NCBI GenBank assembly: GCA_964658305.1 | Contig: OZ210885.1 | Coordinates: 16,492,001 to 16,556,000 of the forward strand | From: Leptogorgia sarmentosa | Lineage: Eukaryota | Direction: 5' to 3' | Length of the DNA stretch: 64,000 nucleotides | Part shown: in pieces, positions 54,501 to 64,000 of the stretch | Layout of the letters: every line of letters starts with the position of its first letter | Position numbering within the stretch: the stretch's first letter is position 1 | Program-made: the position numbers and the translations under genes | Notes under the pieces: model-generated | What the model saw: the letters and a program-made list of their open reading frames with translations, nothing else | The model's database searches: none | What the model was told of the DNA's origin: nothing

Positions 54501-57500
54501 ATGTGTGTTTTTAAATAGGTTTGCTTTCAATTTCAACTTCAGGGTTTTGTTATTGTTACACGTTTAAAAAGTGTAACTTCCATCAACAAATGTCTACGAC
54601 CATACCAGTAGGAAAATACTGGTTCTCGTCTGATCACCGAAGCTCGTCTGATCACCGAAGTTAAGCCTAGGTGGGCAAAGTTAGTACTTGGATGGGTGAC
54701 AACCTGGGAATACTTTGTGTTGTAGACTTGCTTCATTTTATTGTATGTGTGTTTGTAAATAGGTTTGCTTTCAATTTCAACTTCAGGGTTTTGTTATTGT
54801 TACACGTTTGAAAAGTGTAACCTCCATCAATAAATGTCTACAACCATACCAGTAGGAAAATACCAGTTCTCGTCTGATCACCGAAGTTAGGCCTAGGTGG
54901 GAAAAGTTAGTACTTGGATGGGTGACCACCTGGGAATACTTTGTGTTGTAGACTTGCTTCATTTTATTGTATGTGTGTCTGTAAATAGGTTTGCTTTCAA
55001 TTTCAACTTCAGGGTTTTGTTATTGTTACACGTTTAAAAAGTGTAACTTCCATCAACAAATGTCTACGACCATACCAGTAGGAAAATACCGGTTCTCATC
55101 TGATCACCGAAGTTAAGCCTAGGTGGGCAAAGTTAGTACTTGGATGGGTGACCACCTGGGAATACTTTGTGTTGTAGACTTGCTTCATTTTATTGTATGT
55201 GTGTTTGTAAGTAGGTTTGCTTTCAATTTCAACTTCAGGGTTTTGTTATTGTTACACGTTTAAAAAGTGTAAGTTCCATCAACAAATGTTTACGACCATA
55301 CCAGTAGGAAAATACCGGTTCTCGTCTGATCACCGAAGTTAAGCCTAGGTGGGCAAAGTTAGTACTTGGATGGGTGACTACCTGGGAATACTTTGTGTTG
55401 TAGACTTGCTTCATTTTATTGTATGTGTGTTTGTAAATAGGTTTGCTTTCAATTTCAACTTCAGGGTTTTGTTATTGTTACACATTTAAAAAGTGTAACT
55501 TCCATCAACAAATGTCTACGACCATACCAGTAGGAAAATACCGGTTCTCGTCTGATCACCGAAGTTAGGCCTAGGTGGAAAAAGTTAGTACTTGGATGGG
55601 TGACCACCTGGGAATACTTTGTGTTGTAGACTTGCTTCATTTTATTGTATGTGTGTTTGTAAATAGGTTTGCTTTCAGCTTCAACTTCAGGGATTTTGTT
55701 ATTGCTACATCTGGAAATATTTTGTATTGTTGTTTTGCTAAATGTTATTTAATGCCTATTTGTAAATATAATTCCTTTCAACTTCAACTTCAGGGTTTTA
55801 TTATTGTTACACGTTTAAAAAGTGTAACTTCCATCAACAAGTGTCTACGACCATACCAGTAGGAAAATACCGGTTCTGGTCTGATCACCGAAGTTAAGCC
55901 TAGGTGGGAAAAGTTAGTACTTGGATGGGTGACCACCTGGGAATACTTTGTGTTGTAGACTTGCTTCATTTTATTGTACGTGTGTTTGTAAATAGGTTTG
56001 CTTTCAATTTCAACTTCAGGGTTTTGTTATTGTTACACGTTTAAAAAGTGTAACTTCCATCAACAAATGTCTACGACCATACCAGTAGGAAAATACCGGT
56101 TCTCGTCTGATCACCGAAGTTAAGCCTAGGTGGGCAAAGTTAGTACTTGGATGGGTGACCACCTGGGAATACTTTGTGTTGTAGACTTGCTTCATTTTAT
56201 TGTATGTGTGTTTGTAAATAGGTTTGCTTTCAATTTCAACTTCAGGGTTTTGTTATTGTTACACGTTTAAAAAGTGTTACTTCAATCAACAAATGTCTAC
56301 GACGATACCAGTAGGAAAATACCGGTTCTCGTCTGATCACCGAAGTTAAGCCTAGGTGGGCAAAGTTAGTACTTGGATGGGTGACTACCTGGGAATACTT
56401 TGTGTTGTAGACTTGCTTCATTTTATTGTATGTGTGTTTGTAAATATAATTCCTTTCAATTTCAACTTCAGGGTTTTGTTATTGTTACACGTTTAAAAAG
56501 TGTAACTTCCATCTACAAATGTCTACGACCATACCAGTAGGAAAATACCGGTTCTCGTCTGATCACCGAAGCTCGTCTGATCACCGAAGTTAAGCCTAGG
56601 TGGGCAAAGTTAGTACTTGGATGGGTGACAACCTGGGAATACTTTGTGTTGTAGACTTGCTTCATTTTATTGTATGTGTGTTTGTAAATAGGTTTGCTTT
56701 CAATTTCAACTTCAGGGTTTTGTTATTGTTACACGTTTGAAAAGTGTAACCTCCATCAATAAATGTCTACAACCATACCAGTAGGAAAATACCAGTTCTC
56801 GTCTGATCACCGAAGTTAGGCCTAGGTGTGAAAAGTTAGTACTTGGATGGGTGACCACCTGGGAATACTTTGTGTTGTAGACTTGCTTCATTTTATTGTA
56901 TGTGTGTCTGTAAATAGGTTTGCTTTCAATTTCAACTTCAGGGTTTTGTTATTGTTACACGTTTAAAAAGTGTAACTTCCATCAACAAATGTCTACGACC
57001 ATACCAGTAGGAAAATACCGGTTCTCATCTGATCACCGAAGTTAAGCCTAGGTGGGCAAAGTTAGTACTTGGATGGGTGACCACCTGGGAATACTTTGTG
57101 TTGTAGACTTGCTTCATTTTATTGTATGTGTGTTTGTAAGTAGGTTTGCTTTCAATTTCAACTTCAGGGTTTTGTTATTGTTACACGTTTAAAAAGTGTA
57201 AGTTCCATCAACAAATGTTTACGACCATACCAGTAGGAAAATACCGGTTCTCGTCTGATCACCGAAGTTAAGCCTAGGTGGGCAAAGTTAGTACTTGGAT
57301 GGGTGACTACCTGGGAATACTTTGTGTTGTAGACTTGCTTCATTTTATTGTATGTGTGTTTGTAAATAGGTTTGCTTTCAATTTCAACTTCAGGGTTTTG
57401 TTATTGTTACACATTTAAAAAGTGTAACTTCCATCAACAAATGTCTACGACCATACCAGTAGGAAAATACCGGTTCTCGTCTGATCACCGAAGTTAGGCC

Positions 57501-57710
57501 TAGGTGGGAAAAGTTAGTACTTGGATGGGTGACCACCTGGGAATACTTTGTGTTGTAGACTTGCTTCATTTTATTGTATGTGTCTTTGTAAATAGGTTTG
57601 CTTTCAATTTCAACTTCAGGGATTTTGTTATTGCTACATCTGGAAATATTTTGTATTGTTGTTTTGCTAAATGTTATTTAATGCCTATTTGTAAATATAA
57701 TTCCTTTCAA
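33585..57710 (+). repeat. Higher-order tandem duplication, period 11946 bp
   Basis: Fifteen ORF-track landmarks and all rare indel alleles recur at exactly +11946 (33612>45558, 35051>46997, 38979>50925, 41438>53384, 43629>55575, 45558>57504). Boundaries are approximate. Confidence 0.92.
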
Positions 57711-59179
57711 CTTCAACTTCAGGGTTTTATTATTGTTACACGTTTAAAAAGTGTAACTTCCATCAACAAGTGTCTACGACCATACCAGTAGGAAAATACC
57801 GGTTCTGGTCTGATCACCGAAGTTAAGCCTAGGTGGGAAAAGTTAGTACTTGGATGGGTGACCACCTGGGAATACTTTGTGTTGTAGACTTGCTTCATTT
57901 TATTGTATGTGTGTTTGTAAATAGGTTTGCTTTCAATTTCAACTTCAGGGTTTTGTTATTGTTACACGTTTAAAAAGTGTAACTTCCATCAACAAATGTC
58001 TACGACCATACCAGTAGGAAAATACCGGTTCTCATCTGATCACCGAAGTTAAGCCTAGGTGGGCAAAGTTAGTACTTGGATGGGTGACCACCTGGGAATA
58101 CTTTGTGTTGTAGACTTGCTTCATTTTATTGTATGTGTGTTTGTAAATAGGTTTGCTTTCAATATAAACTTCAGGGATTTTGTTATTGTTACACGTTTAA
58201 AAAGTGTTACTTCAATCAACAAATGTCTACGACGATACCAGTAGGAAAATACCGGTTCTCGTCTGATCACCGAAGTTAAGCCTAGGTGGGCAAAGTTAGT
58301 ACTTGGATGGGTGACTACCTGGGAATACTTTGTGTTGTAGACTTGCTTCATTTTATTGTATGTGTGTTTGTAAATATAATTCCTTTCAATTTCAACTTCA
58401 GGGTTTTGTTATTGTTACACGTTTAAAAAGTGTAACTTCCATCAACAAATGTCTACGACCATACCAGTAGGAAAATACCGGTTCTCGTCTGATCACTGAA
58501 GTTAAGCCTAGGTGGGAAAAGTTAGTACTTGGATGGGTGACCACCTGGGAATACTTTGTGTTGTAGAGTTGCTTTGTTTTATTGTATGTGTGTTTTTAAA
58601 TAGGTTTGCTTTCAATTTCAACTTCAGGGTTTTGTTATTGTTACACGTTTAAAAAGTGTAACTTCCATCAACAAATGTCTACGACCATACCAGTAGGAAA
58701 ATACTGGTTCTCGTCTGATCACCGAAGCTCGTCTGATCACCGAAGTTAAGCCTAGGTGGGCAAAGTTAGTACTTGGATGGGTGACAACCTGGGAATACTT
58801 TGTGTTGTAGACTTGCTTCATTTTATTGTATGTGTGTTTGTAAATAGGTTTGCTTTCAATTTCAACTTCAGGGTTTTGTTATTGTTACACGTTTGAAAAG
58901 TGTAACCTCCATCAATAAATGTCTGCAACCATACCAGTAGGAAAATACCAGTTCTCGTCTGATCACCGAAGTTAGGCCTAGGTTGGAAATACCAGTTCTC
59001 ATCTGATCACCGAAGTTAAGCCTGGGTGGGCAAAGTTAGTACTGGGATGGGTGACTACCTGGGAATACTTTGTGTTGTAGATATGCTTCATTTTATTGTA
59101 TGTGTGTTTGTAAATAGGTTTGCTTTCAATTTCAACTTCAGGGTTTTGTTATTGTTACACGTTTAAAAAGTGTAACTTC

Positions 59180-62100
59180 CATCAACAAATGTCTACGACC
59201 ATACCAGTAGGAAAATACCGGTTCTCGTCTGATCACCGAAGTTAAGCCTAGGTGGGCAAAGTTAGTACTTGGATGGGTGACCACCTGGGAATACTTTGTG
59301 TTGTAGACTTGCTTCATTTTGTTGTATGTGTGTTTGTAAGTAGGTTTGCTTTCAATTTCAACTTCAGGGTTTTGTTATTGTTACACGTTTAAAAAGTGTA
59401 ACTTCCATCAACAAATGTCTACGACCATACCAGTAGGAAAATACCGGTTCTCGTCTGATCACCGAAGTTAAGCCTAGGTGGGCAAAGTTAGTACTTGGAT
59501 GGGTGACTACCTGGGAATACTTTGTGTTGTAGACTTGCTTCATTTTATTGTATGTATGTGTGTTTGTAAATACGTTTGCTTTCAATTTCAACTTCAGGGT
59601 TTTGTTATTAATACACACGTTTAAAAAGTGTAACTTCCATCAACAAATGTCTACAACCATACCAGTAGGAAAATACCGGTTCTCGTCTGATCACCGAAGT
59701 TAGGCCTAGGTGGGAAAAGTTAGTACTTGGATGGGTGACCACCTGGGAATACTTTGTGTTGTAGACTTGCTTCATTTTATTGTATGTGTGTTTGTAAATA
59801 GGTTTGCTTTCAATTTCAACTTCAGGGTTTTGTTATTGTTACACGTTTAAAAAGTGTAACTTCCATCAACAAATGTCTACCACCATACCAGTAGGAAAAT
59901 ACCGGTTCTCGTCTGATCACCGAAGTAAAGCCTAGGTAAAGCCTAGGTGGGCAAAGTTAGTACTTGGATGGGTGACCACCTGGGAATACTTTGTGTTGTA
60001 GACTTGCTTCATTTTATTGTATGTGTGTTTGTAAGTAGGTTTGCTTTCAATTTCAACTTCAGGGTTTTGTTATTGTTACACGTTTAAAAAGTGTAAGTTC
60101 CATCAACAAATGTTTACGACCATACCAGTAGGAAAATACCGGTTCTCGTCTGATCACCGAAGTTAAGCCTAGGTGGGCAAAGTTAGTACTTGGATGGGTG
60201 ACTACCTGGGAATACTTTGTGTTGTAGACTTGCTTCATTTTATTGTATGTGTGTTTGTAAATAGGTTTGCTTTCAATTTCAACTTCAGGGTTTTGTTATT
60301 GTTACACATTTAAAAAGTGTAACTTCCATCAACAAATGTCTACGACCATACCAGTAGGAAAATACCGGTTCTCGTCTGATCACCGAAGTTAGGCCTAGGT
60401 GGGAAAAGTTAGTACTTGGATGGGTGACCACCTGGGAATACTTTGTGTTGTAGACTTGCTTCATTTTATTGTATGTGTGTTTGTAAATAGGTTTGCTTTC
60501 AATTTCAACTTCAGGGATTTTGTTATTGCTACATCTGGAAATATTTTGTATTGTTGTTTTGCTAAATGTTATTTAATGCCTATTTGTAAATATAATTCCT
60601 TTCAACTTCAACTTCAGGGTTTTATTATTGTTACACGTTTAAAAAGTGTAACTTCCATCAACAAGTGTCTACGACCATACCAGTAGGAAAATACCGGTTC
60701 TGGTCTGATCACCGAAGTTAAGCCTAGGTGGGAAAAGTTAGTACTTGGATGGGTGACCACCTGGGAATACTTTGTGTTGTAGACTTGCTTCATTTTATTG
60801 TATGTGTGTTTGTAAATAGGTTTGCTTTCAATTTCAACTTCAGGGTTTTGTTATTGTTACACGTTTAAAAAGTGTAACTTCCATCAGCAAATGTCTACGA
60901 CCATACCAGTAGGAAAATACCGGTTCTTGTCTGATCACCGAAGTTAAGCCTAGGTGGGCAAAGTTAGTACTTGGATGGGTGACCACCTGGGAATACTTTG
61001 TGTTGTAGACTTGCTTCATTTTATTGTATGTGTGTTTGTAAATAGGTTTGCTTTCAATATAAACTTCAGGGATTTTGTTATTGCTACATCTGGAAATACT
61101 TTGTATTGTTGTTTTGCTAAATGTTATTTAATGCCTATTTGTAAATATAATTCCTTTCAATTTCAACTTCAGGGTTTTGTTATTGTTACACGTTTAAAAA
61201 GTGTAACTTCCATCAACAAATGTCTACGACCATACCAGTAGGAAAATGCCGGTTCTCGTCTGATCACCGAAGTTAAGCCTAGGTGGGCAAGGTTAGTACT
61301 TGGATGGGTGACCACCTAATAGGTTTAGACCACCTGGGAATACTTTGTGTTGTAGACTTGCTTCATTTTATTGTATGTGTGTTTGTAAATAGGTTTGCTT
61401 TCAATTTCAACTTCAGGGTTTTGTTATTGTTACACGTTTAAAAAGTGTTACTTCAATCAACAAATGTCTACGACGATACCAGTAGGAAAATACCGGTTCT
61501 CGTCTGATCACCGAAGTTAAGCCTAGGTGGGCAAGGTTAGTACTTGGATGGGTGACCACCTAATAGGTTTAGACCACCTGGGAATACTTTGTGTTGTAGA
61601 CTTGCTTCATTTTATTGTATGTGTGTTTGTAAATAGGTTTGCTTTCAATTTCAACTTCAGGGTTTTGTTATTGTTACACGTTTAAAAAGTGTTACTTCAA
61701 TCAACAAATGTCTACGACGATACCAGTAGGAAAATACCGGTTCTCGTCTGATCACCGAAGTTAAGCCTAGGTGGGCAAAGTTAGTACTTGGATGGGTGAC
61801 TACCTGGGAATACTTTGTGTTGTAGACTTGCTTCATTTTATTGTATGTGTGTTTGTAAATATAATTCCTTTCAATTTCAACTTCAGGGTTTTGTTATTGT
61901 TACACGTTTAAAAAGTGTAACTTCCATCAACAAATGTCTACGACCATACCAGTAGGAAAATACCGGTTCTCGTCTGATCACTGAAGTTAAGCCTAGGTGG
62001 GAAAAGTTAGTACTTGGATGGGTGACCACCTGGGAATACTTTGTGTTGTAGAGTTGCTTTGTTTTATTGTATGTGTGTTTTTAAATAGGTTTGCTTTCAA

Positions 62101-64000
62101 TTTCAACTTCAGGGTTTTGTTATTGTTACACGTTTAAAAAGTGTAACTTCCATCAACAAATGTCTACGACCATACCAGTAGGAAAATACTGGTTCTCGTC
62201 TGATCACCGAAGCTCGTCTGATCACCGAAGTTAAGCCTAGGTGGGCAAAGTTAGTACTTGGATGGGTGACAACCTGGGAATACTTTGTGTTGTAGACTTG
62301 CTTCATTTTATTGTATGTGTGTTTGTAAATAGGTTTGCTTTCAATTTCAACTTCAGGGTTTTGTTATTGTTACACGTTTGAAAAGTGTAACCTCCATCAA
62401 TAAATGTCTACAACCATACCAGTAGGAAAATACCAGTTCTCGTCTGATCACCGAAGTTAGGCCTAGGTGGGAAAAGTTAGTACTTGGATGGGTGACCACC
62501 TGGGAATACTTTGTGTTGTAGACTTGCTTCATTTTATTGTATGTGTGTCTGTAAATAGGTTTGCTTTCAATTTCAACTTCAGGGTTTTGTTATTGTTACA
62601 CGTTTAAAAAGTGTAACTTCCATCAACAAATGTCTACGACCATACCAGTAGGAAAATACCGGTTCTCATCTGATCACCGAAGTTAAGCCTAGGTGGGCAA
62701 AGTTAGTACTTGGATGGGTGACCACCTGGGAATACTTTGTGTTGTAGACTTGCTTCATTTTATTGTATGTGTGTTTGTAAGTAGGTTTGCTTTCAATTTC
62801 AACTTCAGGGTTTTGTTATTGTTACACGTTTAAAAAGTGTAAGTTCCATCAACAAATGTTTACGACCATACCAGTAGGAAAATACCGGTTCTCGTCTGAT
62901 CACCGAAGTTAAGCCTAGGTGGGCAAAGTTAGTACTTGGATGGGTGACTACCTGGGAATACTTTGTGTTGTAGACTTGCTTCATTTTATTGTATGTGTGT
63001 TTGTAAATAGGTTTGCTTTCAATTTCAACTTCAGGGTTTTGTTATTGTTACACATTTAAAAAGTGTAACTTCCATCAACAAATGTCTACGACCATACCAG
63101 TAGGAAAATACCGGTTCTCGTCTGATCACCGAAGTTAGGCCTAGGTGGAAAAAGTTAGTACTTGGATGGGTGACCACCTGGGAATACTTTGTGTTGTAGA
63201 CTTGCTTCATTTTATTGTATGTGTGTTTGTAAATAGGTTTGCTTTCAGCTTCAACTTCAGGGATTTTGTTATTGCTACATCTGGAAATATTTTGTATTGT
63301 TGTTTTGCTAAATGTTATTTAATGCCTATTTGTAAATATAATTCCTTTCAACTTCAACTTCAGGGTTTTATTATTGTTACACGTTTAAAAAGTGTAACTT
63401 CCATCAACAAGTGTCTACGACCATACCAGTAGGAAAATACCGGTTCTGGTCTGATCACCGAAGTTAAGCCTAGGTGGGAAAAGTTAGTACTTGGATGGGT
63501 GACCACCTGGGAATACTTTGTGTTGTAGACTTGCTTCATTTTATTGTACGTGTGTTTGTAAATAGGTTTGCTTTCAATTTCAACTTCAGGGTTTTGTTAT
63601 TGTTACACGTTTAAAAAGTGTAACTTCCATCAACAAATGTCTACGACCATACCAGTAGGAAAATACCGGTTCTCGTCTGATCACCGAAGTTAAGCCTAGG
63701 TGGGCAAAGTTAGTACTTGGATGGGTGACCACCTGGGAATACTTTGTGTTGTAGACTTGCTTCATTTTATTGTATGTGTGTTTGTAAATAGGTTTGCTTT
63801 CAATTTCAACTTCAGGGTTTTGTTATTGTTACACGTTTAAAAAGTGTTACTTCAATCAACAAATGTCTACGACGATACCAGTAGGAAAATACCGGTTCTC
63901 GTCTGATCACCGAAGTTAAGCCTAGGTGGGCAAAGTTAGTACTTGGATGGGTGACTACCTGGGAATACTTTGTGTTGTAGACTTGCTTCATTTTATTGTA
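59180..64000 (+). repeat. Further copy of the ~51610-56430 block (offset 7570 bp), running off the window end
   Basis: 51794>59364, 52829>60399, 53384>60954, 54539>62109, 55575>63145, all +7570, with shared private variants (GGAAAAAG, CAGCTTC, CAGCAAAT). Start is approximate. Confidence 0.9.
63865..63984 (+). rRNA. 5S rRNA gene, last complete copy (variant C10G, C92T)
   Basis: GTCTACGACGATACC...GTTGTAGACTT, 120 nt. Confidence 0.9.

Larger units (their letters stand above)
1..64000 (+). repeat. 5S rDNA tandem array (~255 units; 226-bp and 329-bp unit classes interspersed)
   Basis: GTCTAC(G/A)ACCATACC recurs at 138, 364, 590, 816, 1042 (period 226), then 1371, 1700 (period 329), and continues without any unique sequence to 63865. 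Unit number estimated from about 59 long units counted by eye and via the ORF track, with the remainder divided by 226. Confidence 0.98.

Noticed and set aside
10487..62306. Minus-strand 65-84 aa ORFs (…YSQVVTHPSTNFAHLGLTSVIRREPV…)
   Set aside because: Antisense translations of 5S rRNA that appear only where indel alleles lengthen the frame.
1103..63432. Dozens of near-identical 73-95 aa ORFs (MGKVSTWMGDHLG...) on the + strand
   Set aside because: They start at a GTG or ATG inside the 5S gene and run through the spacer into the next gene. They are open only by frame accident in certain unit lengths, and resemble no protein family I recognise.
1..64000. CRISPR-like repeat/spacer array
   Set aside because: The spacers are themselves repeated rather than unique, the repeat is a 120-nt 5S gene, and there are no cas genes.

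Overview
The whole 64-kb window is an uninterrupted head-to-tail tandem array of a eukaryotic (metazoan-type) 5S rRNA gene on the + strand, open at both ends. Each unit is a 120-nt 5S sequence (consensus GTCTACGACCATACCAGTAGG...TGTGTTGTAGACTT) plus an AT-rich spacer. There are two interspersed unit classes: 226 bp (106-bp spacer) and 329 bp (209-bp spacer). By my manual count there are about 59 long units among roughly 255 units. The extra 103 bp of the long spacer is a decayed duplicate of the 3' end of the 5S gene plus the proximal spacer, and short units look like recombinants between those two sub-repeats. The array is internally heterogeneous, with many point-variant haplotypes and four recurrent insertion/fusion pseudogene alleles. 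It is also organised into higher-order block duplications (offsets 2155, 4707, 7053, 7570 and 11946 bp). All ORFs in the supplied track are by-products of the repeat. I see no credible protein-coding gene, transposon, tRNA or CRISPR array, and no evidence for a new protein-based system; the interest lies in the RNA gene variants and the array architecture. Only representative gene copies are listed individually. The host organism cannot be determined from this window.
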